From the NCBI GenBank assembly GCA_051294375.1, contig CM119267.1, positions 10,101,458-10,165,457 on the forward strand: a stretch of DNA of 64,000 bases, read 5' to 3'. This document shows positions 38,965-51,945 of the stretch, piece after piece. The notes beneath the pieces were generated by a model, which saw only the letters and a list, made by a program, of their open reading frames with translations, had not been told where the DNA came from and did no database searches. Position numbers and translations under genes: made by a program. Numbering within the stretch: the first letter of the stretch is position 1; the number at the start of each line of letters is the position of its first letter. The DNA comes from Paraspadella gotoi. Lineage: Eukaryota; Animalia; Chaetognatha.

Positions 38965-41910
38965 TGGGGGGTATCGGCTTACGCCTGCCTTCCAAAGTCT
39001 GCGAATACTACGTATTTCGTATTTTTCAGGCCCCAGAATAAATTTTCGTTCTTCCCGCGCAAATAATAAAATGCCTCAAAAACTGACAAAAACGTCTCGC
39101 TAAACGTTTCTTATTAGGATCATTATTAAATTTTGAGTTAAAAAAAAAAAAAAACGAGTCGAAAAAGAAGGCAGCTGTTTGAGAAGGAATTCAAGGCTGC
39201 TGCCCTTCAAACCACGGACAATTTTTTTTTATTTTTTTTTTATTTTCTACATCTTTTATTTTTTTAAAAACTTATTTTTTTTTCCTATTTCGTATTAAAC
39301 TTTTTTTCTTGGTGGGGTTTTTCAATAAGGAGGTTGAGACGTGATCGTAGAGCCTCCCGGGCGATTTCGACTCTTTGCAGGAGGACCGCCTCGCTCAAAA
39401 ACGAAACAAGATCTAAGGCCAACCCTTTTATTCGATATCAATACACTCTCTCTCTCTCCTTCTCTCTCTCGCTCTCTGCCTCTCTCAATATCTCTTTTTC
39501 GCGAATGAGTTATCTTGTTATGAGCCTATTCATGGGTTTTCGAAGAGAGTCGGGGCCGCTCCTGCCAGGATCTCCCCCTTCTGCCCTGGGGAGTTGCGCG
39601 CCCTCAAGTGTTTGGGGCCTTCAAATACGTCGTTGGTTTCTTTACGGTTTTTTTTCTTCTGATTTTTGTAGCGCTTTTTTTTTTGTGTGTGTGTGTGTAT
39701 GTGTGTGAGCGTGTTTGTGGTTCTGAGTGTTGAGTGTTGCGTTGCGTTGAAGATCTTGAGTTGAGACCGCTCTTCTGTTTGCGCGTGATAAAGAAGGATT
39801 AAGGATGTAAAGAGACGGCGGGAAAAGATAAGAGTATCTAAAGGCCCTACTTCGTAGTCTAACTATTATTCAACCAAAAAAGTAAGAAATAAACCGAGCA
39901 CGTAACTGAGTGTTCCTGCGCGCGAGCGTTTTACGCGCATTTCGCACGCGCAGCGCGGCGTCGGGATGCGAACGAAAACTCGTCCTGAAAAAAAAAACAC
40001 ATGGAAATTTATGGGGCGGAGTCTTTGAGGGTGAGGACGATGATAGGGAACGGGTGAGGAAATGAAGGGTGTTGATAAGAGGGCGGATCGGTGAAGGTTC
40101 GGTTACGTGATGACTGATGAAGGGTGAGTCACAGATTGGCACTAGCTTGACATTGATAAACTTATCTTAGATATTATCGGGGTTGAAAGACCCTTCGTTT
40201 GTAACGAGTACATCATGATTCATCCCAAAAAAAAATTATTGAAAATGGTGAGTGACTTTTAAAATTTTTAGTATTGAACTACTTGCATTGCAACAAGATA
40301 CCGCAGGCCTGAAGTCTCAATAGATTGTCTGATGGAGGACCGGTTAAAAATAACTGAACTTTCTTAATCTTCTATACATTTATTCTCGTCAAACTTTAAC
40401 TGCGCACTCTTCGATGACATCGTTTCACATCCTTTCACTAAATATCACTTTCAGTTTCAGTTTCACTATCTCCGTTGAAACTGCTGTCCTCCCTTCGGTT
40501 TTTCCCAACTCCGAACTCGATAATTTTTTCCTGTTTTCCCTGCCCCTTTTCCCCTCCCACTAATTGCCCCACTCTCTCACTCTCCCACTGTACCCTCTCT
40601 CTTTTCCCTGCTTCCCTTCTCGATGTTTAGGAATTCGCGGTTGAAAAACAAAATTCTTTCGAGTAGTAAAAAAAAACTTTTTTTTTTACCGGACCCTAAA
40701 AACTGAAAAAAAAAAATAGAGTTGGAGCGAAAATTTCAAAACAAGAAATGGTTGGAAAGCATTCCATAGACGAGCCGGAGATGTTATATGTACGGCCACT
40801 GCAGCACCGCAGCGATGCTGCATGCAGTATTGGTTGAAAAAAATATACTCATTAAATTGTACAATTCTCGCTTGATGCCTCTGTCTCGAAGCAACGAAAT
40901 CTCAAAAATAGAATCTGACGAGTTCTTCCGAAGGTCGCCGGTTCGAATCCAAATCGTGACCGGTAAATCTTGACATTTAGGAATCTACTAAATGGAATGT
41001 TAGGTAATCGGAATCGGTTCCGCCGGGTAAGTTATTATTATTGTGATTAACGACGGGATAATAACGACAGTGAAATTTTCGAAGTACATAAATCGTCAAA
41101 TATAATAACAAAAAAATAACTATCTCCCTCGTTCCTCTATTCACGTCAAAACGAAAATCAAAATATATATTTAAACTTCGTCGCAGTATAAACGAAAAAT
41201 ACGAAGGAGAAAAAAAAAAGTTTGGTTGACGTGTTTGACGCGCGGATGACGCTGATTACGCTACGTCAAAACATTAAAAAAACGAGAGAGGGGGGATAAA
41301 AATGAGCTTAAGAAGGGGTGGGGGAAGTAAAAAGAAATGAAAAGAAAGTCCATTCGGCCCGAATCATAAATGAATTTTTCAAATCCTCTATAGTTTTTTT
41401 TTTCGCTTCTGTTTTGAGAGGTAGAACAAAAATCTCAGGAATTCAAGAGAAGATCATATTTTCTTTTTCTTCTTAAATATTATTTCTTTTTTTTTCTATT
41501 GTTTTCTTTCTTTTAGTTGAGAAATAGCTTTGATGGGAGGGTGCTGTGGGAGGTTAAGTGAGAGGGAGAGGGAATGAGAGAGAGAAAGAAAGAAAGAAAG
41601 AAAGAAAAAAAGAAAGCAAGCAAGCAAGCAAGAAAGAAAGAAAGAAAGTAAAAAAGAAAGAAAGTAAAAAAGAAAGAGGCAGAGTGAAAGCGTCAGAGCG
41701 GCTTGGAGTGAGATCTCGGGAAAGCGCGTTCGGTTGATTGATTGATTGACTTATCAGAAGGAGAATCGCGTCGCGTCGAGTCGCCTCGTGGGAACGCCCT
41801 GGCGAGAACCCACCTGAGAGAGAGAAGAAGAGGGAAAGAGGAGAGAGAAGATAACGGAATTAAAGAGAGGGAAAGATTAGAGAAGAAGAGACAAACGATT
41901 CTATTATAAC

Positions 41911-42034
<124 letters not shown>

Positions 42035-42121
42035 GAAAAGTGAAACAGATAGAGAGAGATAGACTACCTTCAATTTTCAATTTCGTCATTTTCTATTCTT
42101 CAAAATCTCGACTGGGAAATC

Positions 42122-42304
42122 ATGACCGTCTCACCATCCATTTTCGCCGCTGCTGTGTTGGCGGCGGCAGCGGCGGCGACTTTGTTTTCTACGACGGCGA
42201 CGGCGGCCGAATGCGGCAAACGATATCACGATCAGCGATTTGATAAGTTGCAGCATTGGATCGTGGGTGGGGTTGAGGCTTTGAAAGGAGCTTATCCTTA
42301 CCAG
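42122..42304 (+). CDS. Serine protease exon 1 (signal peptide, propeptide, IVGG)
   Basis: [61 protein letters not shown]; donor GT at 42305. Confidence 0.9.
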
Positions 42305-43891
42305 GTGATAGAAAGGGTGAGGAAGTGAAAAAAAAAATAAGAAAAATTGACTTTTAAAATTTGGATCACAGGTCAGCGTTGAGTTATACAATTGGATCTA
42401 CGGATCGGAGCATCTCTGCGGCGGAACGCTCGTGGCCTCCAAGTGGATCGTCACGGCCGCCCACTGCATCATCGAAGGTCCGGACCCCAGGAATTACAGG
42501 TGGATCGAGAAAAAGTCGTAAGCTTAATTGATTATGGAAAAAGGGGGAAAAATATCAGATGGTCACAAAAGCAAAGATATAAAGTCAGCCACCAGACCGT
42601 TCCCCATCCTCCCAATGGATCGTCCACGATCGTCTTTTCCTTCCTCCGCCAGGGTCGTCGTCGGACGTCACGACTTTGACGCCGTCGAGAGATCGATGAA
42701 GAGATTTTCCGTGAAGCGAGTCTTCCTTCATCCGGATTACTAGTGAGGGCAACGACGTCTGCGAGACTACTGGCGATTTACGAACGCTGATCTTTAGTTT
42801 ATATGACATTGGTATAAAAATATCCATTCATTTCGTAAATAAGCTATCTTGCCACTGACTTTGGACAGGCTTTGGTGGTTTTATTTTTTGTTGGATTATA
42901 AGCAAAGGCGTTCCTTTGCCGGAGATCGAATCTCCTACCGGATTCCTTTCGACCGGACATTTCCGCCTCCAACTGACAACTGCTCATCCCTTTCGCCCCT
43001 TCCCCCGCTCTCCCTCCATCCCACCCGGTGGACAGCGACGAGGAGGGCGACATGAGCAACGATATCGCCCTCTTGGAGTTGAAGCTTCCCGTCAGCTTCG
43101 GAGAGTTCGTCCAACCCGCTTGTCTTCCTGAGAAGGTAGGCTGAAGGATGGAAGGACGGACTACATTAATGAATGTTAGCTGATCATTGTACACAATGTA
43201 CAGATTCTGAGGTGAAAATTGATTTTGAAATGTCAATTCATCAACGATAGTTGATTGATATAATTTGGAGAGAATATCCTGAGTAACTTGGTTAAAATAT
43301 TATGAGAGGAAAACTACTATCGAACTTTTTGCGCTAAGGTATTAAAGTCTCTGATTATTCCTTAACCGGTGATTCGGTAAATCAAATCCCGATGACATCA
43401 CCGACGACAAAGACGACGACAACGACGACAACAACGATGCCATCGGACTAATTGCCGATTCTATTTGTCTTCGTCCTTGTCCTCGACGCGACTTTGAAAA
43501 TTGCGACGAGGGGATTCTTTGTCCCGAAAGGTGACTCTTCTCTCCCTTTTAATCTTTTCCGTGTTAGCGACACGAACCTTCTTTTTTTTTTCTTCGTCTT
43601 CTTTTTCTTCTCCTCTCTTTTCTCTTTCTCTTTTGTTCTCTTTTTTTTTCTCCCCTTCTTTTTCAGTTAAGTTGACAATTTAAATTCTTCCCTTTCAGAT
43701 TCCAATTCTCTTCGTAGTCTCTATCATTTAAATTCTTTCTCCGCAGCTTTTTTCCAGCCTTTTGAAATTTGCATTAGTTTCTTCGAGTTCCCCCCTCGCC
43801 ACGATTGTCTGTCTGTTTCTTTCTCTCTCTCTCTCATCTCATCTCATCTCTCTCGTCTCTCCTCCTCTCTCTCTCTCTCTCTCTCTCCTCT

Positions 43892-43941
<50 letters not shown>

Positions 43942-46704
43942 TGCCCAGGTGGCGAATGTGACGCTCTTTCCTTTTCACATCGAAATCTTCGGTTGGCAAC
44001 GACGCACCTGGTGGGCGGCAGAGGGTTCAGCCGTTCGTCCTCGCGACCGTTGATGATGGGCGGATGTACGGAAGGGAAACGCCTATGACGCAGGACAGGG
44101 CGGTCCAATCTCGGGAGTGACCATTTATCATTAACCATTAACTAACTGTTTTATCTCTCGGTTTACATGCAATATCACGAATAGAGAAGACAAGATATAA
44201 CCGTCACCAAAAAAATAAAAAATGTTACAGTTTACGATGAAAACGACGAGGAAAAAAAAACGACAACGGCTGCCGTTCACATCCGGGACGTATCATACAG
44301 GAGACTCATTAATCGGGATCGAAAACAAAACTCCCGTATCGAATCCCTCTCAATATTCATAAACTGTAATTGGATTTACGTTGTCGTTTCTTGACAACGG
44401 GGTCGAAGGAGAAAAGGATGGGCGAGGGATCCAGGGATCGTCGGCCATCTGTGGGAATTCACAATCGGATCTCCGTTTCACCGACAATTATTTTCCTATT
44501 TATTTTCGATGCACTTTTTTTTTCGGATGCTATGTTTTTTTCTTCTTAAGTTGAGCCCTTCGGTTTGTCTGCCTGCCTGTGTAAGGCATAAAAAGTGGAT
44601 TTTTCTTAAGAATTTTAAAATTGAGATTAATCTAAATCTGTGATACTTGGCTCGGTCAATCCGTCTCTTCGGGAAAGTTTAGTTACTATAGGTTACATAA
44701 GCTCAGTTTCCGCAAAAAATTCAGTTAGATTACTTTCGGTTTGAAAAGAACCGCCTATAAAAAAGTAATAAGTAAAAAGTAATAACCAATGGAGCGCTGC
44801 GGCGTCCGAAGGAAATGTCGACTGCTACTCGTCATCTTTTTAAAACCAAACCCGATTCATTCGGAAAAAAAGAAAGACTATATAGATAAAAAAAAATACA
44901 GGATTTTATTTTAAACTAAATTTTATATTATAATAGTATTTATTTGTCAGTAAACATCCAATTTATAAATTTATAAAAGATAGTTTTGAATTCAGTCCCA
45001 GTCTCAGTTATTTTCTCAATGATGTAATGATATTTTAAATTAAGAACGTTAAATCCCTTCTATCAAGTTTAATGTTTCCCTAATCTTCCTTTTCTTCCTT
45101 CCCGGTCGCGCCCGCGATCCCATCAGACTCTCGCCCCTCGCATCTACGCCCCCGGCGCCAAGGCCGTCATTTCCGGTTGGGGCGAGATGGATCCAAGAGG
45201 CGTGGATCAGGAGGAAACGGGTCGGCGGTCGAGGAAGATGCGGGCGGCGCAGGTGCCGATAATCGACCTCGACAGATGCAGGAAAGCCAACGAAGACTAC
45301 CGAGTCATGATCACCGACGCCATGGTCTGCGCCGGGTACATGGAAGGTGGGCAGACGGTATCGTCGTTGTCGTCGTTATCGTCGTCGTCTTTGGGATTTT
45401 TGCCTAAATGCGTGCAATCAGTAATATTAAGGACATTGTGTGATAACTTGTTGCTAAACTCACTTAACATTCAAGTTCCCGTCCTTCAAGCGTCCTTTAA
45501 TACCTGTCGCATGAGCGTTATAATATAACTTATATAATACTTATATAACTTATATCGAAGGGATCGAGATTGTTTACGATGATAAGTTTAGGGAAGAACA
45601 ACGGAGAAGCTTCCATCATGAAAACGATCATACGACGACGAAGACGACGACGAACAACGACCATTACTCCAACGTAGGCGTTCCTCTAAATTCTTGGTTT
45701 ACGAACCGTTTTCGCGTCAGGGGTTAAAAAGGGAACAACTTCCGTTCCATTCGCTCCCTAAGTTACGAGAAAAACGCGAGAGACCGGAAGCTAATAAACT
45801 CGCTTCGTTAAGTAGTACGTAGACGCTCGGGGAAAAATGCTTTGAAGAAAAACGCAAAGGGGAGGACTCTGGGTTGTTTCTTCGTTCAACTTCAAGAACG
45901 ATTCGTGACGGAACGCCCGGATTTTTTTTTTTTTTGCACGATTTTTTTTTCCAGACCGCCTCATTTTTTCAAAAAATTGCAATTAACTTTTAAGTATGTT
46001 TCTGTTAAAGAATAGGCGAGACGTTAGGGTTAGGGTTATGGATTAAGCTTAGGGACGACCGTTTGGGGTTAGGAGTTTAGGTTGAAAATTCGGGATTAGG
46101 GTTTAAGGTTGGGGTTAAGGATTAGGGTAGCGTTTGGATTAGAGTTTGAATAGGGTTTGGGATTAAGGTTAGGGATTGTGTTAAGGGTTTGGTAACATAT
46201 TAGTATAATTTTTTTTAAATGTCCTCTAAAACCAACTTGCGTTGGAATTTTTAATATTACAAAGTTTTTTTTTCTCCTTTATTCGCGGGTTAATCTAAGT
46301 CAGAAAAAAAGCGGTTCGAATCTTTGACTGCTTTTGCTGACCCTATACCCAGGCGGCATCGATGGTTGTCAGGGCGACAGTGGAGGACCTCTGGTGGCGG
46401 ATGTGGACGGCAAAGCCACGCTCATTGGCGTCGTCTCTTGGGGGCTCGGATGCGCCCAAAAAAACCATCCAGGTAGGTCGAGTAGACCCGGTAGAGTGTT
46501 GGTTTTTTAATTGCATAAATTAAATGCTGCTTGTTGGATTCAGCTTTTTTAATTATTAACCAAATTCGCTTTGCAGATTCTTCCAGTAAAAAGTTGTCAT
46601 GTTGGCATGAATTTTAAAATTACGACTTTTTGTTTGTTTTTGTTTTAGGATTGTACACGAATGTCGTTTACGAACTCGATTGGATTAAGAAATACGTCAA
46701 ATAA
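42122..46704 (+). CDS. Secreted trypsin-family (peptidase S1A) serine protease, 7 exons, 298 aa; join(42122..42304,42372..42499,42653..42742,43036..43135,45127..45346,46353..46472,46649..46704)
   Basis: Manual splicing at GT-AG sites gives an 897-nt open frame: Ala-rich signal peptide, CG propeptide, IVGG, HLCGG, TAAHC (His57), NDIALL (Asp102), [25 protein letters not shown] (Asp189/Ser195), [16 protein letters not shown]...DWI, TAA. All six intron phases (0,2,2,0,1,1) are mutually compatible. Confidence 0.96.
42372..42499 (+). CDS. Serine protease exon 2 (catalytic His)
   Basis: Acceptor cacag; [42 protein letters not shown](R); donor GT at 42500. Confidence 0.93.
42653..42742 (+). CDS. Serine protease exon 3
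   Basis: Polypyrimidine tract + ccag; [29 protein letters not shown](Y); donor GTGAGG at 42743. Confidence 0.92.
42802..42881 (-). repeat. Dispersed repeat family A, partial copy in protease intron 3
   Basis: AAGCTATCTTGCCACTGACTTTGGACAGGCTTTGGTGGTTT is the reverse complement of the family core. Confidence 0.8.
43036..43135 (+). CDS. Serine protease exon 4 (catalytic Asp)
   Basis: Acceptor gacag; [33 protein letters not shown]; donor GTAGG at 43136. Confidence 0.93.
45127..45346 (+). CDS. Serine protease exon 5
   Basis: Acceptor catcag; [21 protein letters not shown]...VPIIDLDRC...MVCAGYME(G); donor GTGGG at 45347. Confidence 0.92.
46023..46191 (+). repeat. Degenerate telomere-like (TTAGGG)n tract in protease intron 5
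   Basis: ttagggttagggttatggattaagcttaggg...gattagggtttaaggttggggttaagggattaggg. Confidence 0.65.
46353..46472 (+). CDS. Serine protease exon 6 (catalytic Ser)
   Basis: Acceptor cccag; [39 protein letters not shown](G); donor GTAGGT at 46473. Confidence 0.95.
46649..46704 (+). CDS. Serine protease exon 7 (terminal)
   Basis: T-rich acceptor ttttag; [17 protein letters not shown]-stop. Confidence 0.93.
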
Positions 46705-46747
46705 AGTTCATTGTAGGCTTATGTTTTCTCTCTTCTAACGATATTCT

Positions 46748-46753
46748 AATAAA
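46748..46753 (+). terminator. Candidate polyadenylation signal of the protease gene
   Basis: AATAAA about 45 nt after the stop; a second AATAAA overlaps the stop codon at 46700-46705. Confidence 0.55.
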
Positions 46754-48048
46754 GTTTGCGACCAAACTAGGCGTTTTTGTTAAAGATAATTCACCGGTTT
46801 CCATGGAAACAATATATTTTTTTTCTCTCGCTGTCTTTTATTCCTTCCGATGAAACTTGAGCGATTCTTTTTTTTAAATAAATTTTTTATTGAAATTTTG
46901 TCACACTCGTCGTATTAACGTTGTTGCCTACTCTTTGACGAAGAAGCACGTATGTAGTTGTAACTTGTATTCAATTTATCAAATCATATGTTTATGGTAA
47001 ACATTGGTATCGTTTGTGTTTTATTTTTTTGATACTTGAACAAATGAGCATTGATAAACAAATGTCGCTCCCGGCAACAACAGTGACGACAAGGACGACA
47101 ACCACCATGGCGTCGGATTATCTCCGTCTCCGCCTCGCTGCCTTTTGTTTGTATCGAATACCGATTTTTTTTTAACGCGTCGCCGTCCTCGTAATTCAAC
47201 TCCCGAGGAAACTATTGATTTCTATTGAATTCGGGCGCCATTTTGCTTTTTCTCCGCACGCCCCGCCGCTCGGTTGGATTCGTATTTTCAGAGGCGAAAA
47301 CGATTTAAAAGTTTAAACGGATTTTTTTTCCCCCCTTTTTTTTAAATTAAGTGATCGGCGCCCTTGATTCTGGGCTCCCAAGATGTCAGCTTTTTTTTTA
47401 TGAGGTCGGCTATCGTCTTTTTTTAAATTTCATTTCCCTTTCTCTCTTCCAATAAACAAACTAATTGCGATATCGGTCGGGATTTAGAGAATATTGAATT
47501 TTAGGGCGAGGCTGAGCGCCCTCTACGTTTGCTTTCGTCATTACGGAAATTAAATTTAAATTCTATTTGATTTTATTTTCTTTTTTAATTTATAATTGAT
47601 GCTATATGGAGTATGTCTCGAAATTAGATTGTTATTAGAGTCAGTAAAAAGTTTGTATTGAATTTTTTTTTCTGTAATACTGTATTTTTTAGTCATTATT
47701 ATTTGGGTAATTCGGCTTTTCTCACATAAATTTAGGAGTGAAAAAATCACGTTCGAATACACTTTCGACAAAAATAATTGGCATTCGAAAAAAAAAAAAA
47801 TTTGGGTACTATCACTTCTCACTGCTCAGTACTCAGTTGACAGTTGAAAGGTATTCTTTGGCCCAACTGTACTGGGCCCTTTCGCAACCTCACGTTCTCA
47901 CTTTTTCGCCTCAAAATCGCGCCGACTTCGTTTTCCCATTCGATTGCGCGCGAATTTTTATTTTTTCGAATTTCGCGGGTCGCGATCGAGGAACAAACCT
48001 TAAACCTAATCTCGTTACATTTTCGTCGGGGCCAATTTCTTGAGTATT

Positions 48049-48152
<104 letters not shown>

Positions 48153-48917
48153 CTCCGAAGCCTTTTGTTTGCTCCGAATTTAAGGCGATTATTAGTTCCC
48201 AGTTTGTGAGAAAAAAAAACTGTGGGGAAGGAGGGATCCGCATTTCGGCGAATGGGGGCCGGGGATTTATTTAGTAACGAAACTTCGAATCGTTTCTGAA
48301 GCTTAACGTTAATAAAATAATGTAATTATTTATAAAAAAAAAAACAAGCAAGCAAAAAAGCGTGCAAAGGTTTTTTTTTTCTTTTTAACCTTTTTTTTTT
48401 AATTTGAGCGCGTTTTGTTGACAAAATTCGTGGAAGTGAAAACTCGTTGTTTACCGACTTCTTTGTCGAGTGACGCCCTCGGTCGAAGGAACCCGATATA
48501 GAGATTTTGATAACAACGAAGTTTAATTTTTAAACATAAAAACAAAAAGTTGAAAAATAAAAACTTTAGCGTCTCAGCCTCGGGCTCAATCGTATATATA
48601 ATTTCTGAACTTGAGTTTCCAGTCGTTTGATTGATCGATTTTTAGAAGATATGCAAGTCGGAAGATGTCTTTACCCATTTACCAGACCAAGTCGCGTTTT
48701 CCTACCTTCCCGGGTTCGTTGCATCTGACCCCAATCCGAATCCTTTCTCATCGTTGCAATCGTTGAATTGCATCCGGAATTAAAATTCCCCCCCCCCAAA
48801 AAAAATAGGCAAAGTTGTATATTCCGAATTCCGAAAAAAAGGAAGAGTAATTACAGTTTTACACTTTTTAAAACTCTTAAAATTTCGAGGCCGACAAAGT
48901 CGTAAATTCGCGCAGAG

Positions 48918-49297
48918 GCGACCGACCGACGCGACCAGACCGACCGACCGAACCGACCGACCGAACGCGACCGCGACCGACGACCGACCGACCGAACCGA
49001 CGACCGACCGACCGACCGACCGACCGACCGACCGACGACGCGACCGACGCGACGGACCGACGCGACCGACCGACCGACCGACCGACCGACCGACGCGACC
49101 GACCGAACCACCGACCGACCGACCAGACCGAGCCGACCGAACCGACCGACCGACGCAGACCGACCGACCGACCGAACCGCCGACCGACCGACCGACCGAC
49201 CGACCGAGCCGACCGAACCGACCGACCGAAGACCGACCGAACCGAACCGACCGACCACCGACCGACCGACCGACCGAACCAGACCGACAGACCGACC
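48918..49297. repeat. Imperfect (CCGA)n microsatellite
   Basis: About 380 bp of CCGA units interrupted by single-base indels. Confidence 0.92.
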
Positions 49298-49529
49298 AAC
49301 ACTCGCGACTTCAGAGCCAAGATTTATTTTTTTACGAATTCGAACCTTGGATTTAAATTTCCTTTTTTTAAAAATTTCTTCCTAAGAAAAAAGAAGGGAT
49401 TTGAATATGAGAGGTGAAGGGCCCTCGCAGCCTAAGTCATTACCGAATCTGATTTTCGGAGAAGAACAAACGGAAAAAGAATTTTCGATTTAAATGCAAA
49501 GTTGAGATTCGACCGGAAAATCGGAAGAG

Positions 49530-49562
<33 letters not shown>

Positions 49563-49686
49563 NNNNNNNNNNNNNNNNNNNNNNCAGAGAGAACTTTGCC
49601 CACTCTGTTATAACGAATAAGGAGATTTACTGTTAATAATCACGAACGGTCTAGAAATTGCGCGTTTTACCCATCAAAACCCTGCC

Positions 49687-49745
<59 letters not shown>

Positions 49746-51600
49746 ATTGTTCCTCATCAATCAACACTCTCTGAAAGACAGAAAAGTTTCAGAATTTGTT
49801 TTCGATTAAAACATTTTTTTTTGTTACGAGTTCTTCCCATGGTTCACGGATTCACAGATTCTCGAGTGATTACGAAATTTTTTTTTCTGGAAAATGTCAG
49901 ATCACGCGAGAAGTCGCTTCACTAATTATCTTCACCATATTTGTCATCGCAATATATCAAAATATTTTATGACCTAATTTAAAATCATTTTGAAAATTAA
50001 CTTTCTTTCCCTCTTTTCCCCTTCTCGTTTCTCATTAACCTTCGTCCTTGCTTTCGTTTATTCTCTCTTTCGAGTACGAAAGCTCGAAACAGCTGCGTTT
50101 CGAAAGAGATAGTTCCACATTCCTAATTGACAGCTGAAAGATAGCGAGGCGATTCGCCGATTTGTTTTTTCAGGTTTGGTCGGACAAAGGGGGGAAAAAA
50201 ACTTTTTTCGGGATTAAACCTTCGTCCGTCAAACCTTAGGTGCATTCGTCCATCCGTCCGTACGGTCCTGTATCCGTTTAATAAACTATTTTGGAGTCAG
50301 CTTTCAGTCGCTCACAGAATATTTCATTTCAAACACCAATTCGTTCATTAACTTGTCCTCTGAATTCATTCATCGGTGCTTTGGTGCTTATTCCCTCGTC
50401 CCCTTTTTCCATCTTTGGTTCCGCTTCGAAAAAAAAAAATTAAAAAATTGAAAGGAACCTTGAACACTATTTTTCACCTACCTCTCTGCCTCTCTCTCCC
50501 CCTCTTTCTGCATTCTTACTCTCTCTCTCTCTCGCTTCTTGTGTCTTATGTCTTGTGTCTTGTCGCTCCGTTTTGTTTTCGAATTCAAATTTTCGAGAGA
50601 AGCAAAAATTTATGCTCCTCTATACTTTGAGATTCCTTCCTTCACCTTCCCCCCGCAGCCTTCCACCCTCAAACCACCCTCTCCCTCTTTTTCCCCCTTT
50701 TCACCCCCTTTTTCTCGGATATGTCTGCTTAAGAGGCTCCCTTTTTCTTGGGTTGTTACCTGGGATTCCACTCTGTCTCTCTCGCTCACTCGCTCTCTCT
50801 CATTCTCTTTCAGCCCATCACTCTTTGTGAGTTATCGGATAGTTAATAACTGAATATATTCTATTTTAAAAATTATTTATTCATATTTTTTAAGTATTAT
50901 AATTTATAATATAAATTACAAAAATTATATATATATATAAATCTTATAAATTATGATATATTAGTATTATAGCAAAAGTTTTAAGTTAATATCAAAATAA
51001 TAAAAAAAAATTTAGTACCATTTATTTAAATTTACAGATGTTTTACAAGTATCTTATTTTCAGGTAAAAATTTTTATTTTTATATTTTACATAATCTTAA
51101 AATATTTATTATATTTAAGTTTTGATTATATTAATTATAATAAATATATGAGTCAACTAATAGGAATATTCATTTTCATTCCCGGGTATTATCATGATTA
51201 ATGTATAAATTTGTATAATAGAGATGCTATATATTTTATAAATGTATTAAAATTTTTAAGAATTTTTTTATTAATTTTTTGCCGTGGCACTCTTGAAATT
51301 CCGACTGTCAAACAGCGTGCCGTCGGACTCGGGCGAAAGAAAATCCCTCATCGCCACATCTTCGCGACGCAACCCTATTTGCTTTAAGGATTCACTCTGG
51401 CTCCGCGCTCCTCTCTGTCGCAGCAAGGGGCTCTCTCTCTCTCTCTCTCTCACTCTCTCTCTCTCTCTCTCTTTCTCTCTCATATTCAATCTTCGTTCCA
51501 TTTTTCTTCTTCTTCTCAATTTTGCCCGTTAAACTAAACGGAACACAACAGTTAACCTCAGTCGAGGTTCTTTAAAAATTTTGACCCGAGATCGTTTACT

Positions 51601-51945
51601 TATGAAATTGGTACAACCTATGTAGAAATTAATCGTTCATTTAATAAACAAGCTATCTGGCCCTCTTACAAGATAATCGAATAGCTCAGTCTAATTTATC
51701 AACTCCCGGATTGCTTGGCTTCCCTGTCAGTGGTGATAAGAAATTGGTACAACCAATATAAAAATTATTCATTCATTTAATAAATACGCTATCTTTCCCC
51801 TGACTTTGGACAACTTGTCCTCCGAATGTCCAATGGACAGGCTTTGATGGTTTAAGGCCTCCATCACTCTTACAAGATAATGACATAGCAGGTCCCTGCA
51901 AGCTTTTAATCTTTCAATATTTTTAACTGTTTCAAATGGATAAAT
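51601..51945 (-). repeat. Dispersed repeat family A, two adjacent copies
   Basis: GAAATTGGTACAACC occurs at ~51604 and ~51740; the second copy contains the full core to CAGGTCCCTGCAAGC. Confidence 0.82.

Noticed and set aside
42741-42743. In-frame TAG suggesting a protease pseudogene
   Set aside because: Split by the donor (TA|GTGAGG); splicing to exon 4 gives TAC (Tyr).
47107-47193. Strong Kozak ATG (ACCACCATGG) opening MASDYLRLRLAAFCL...
   Set aside because: Only 28 codons, no convincing donor or downstream exon.
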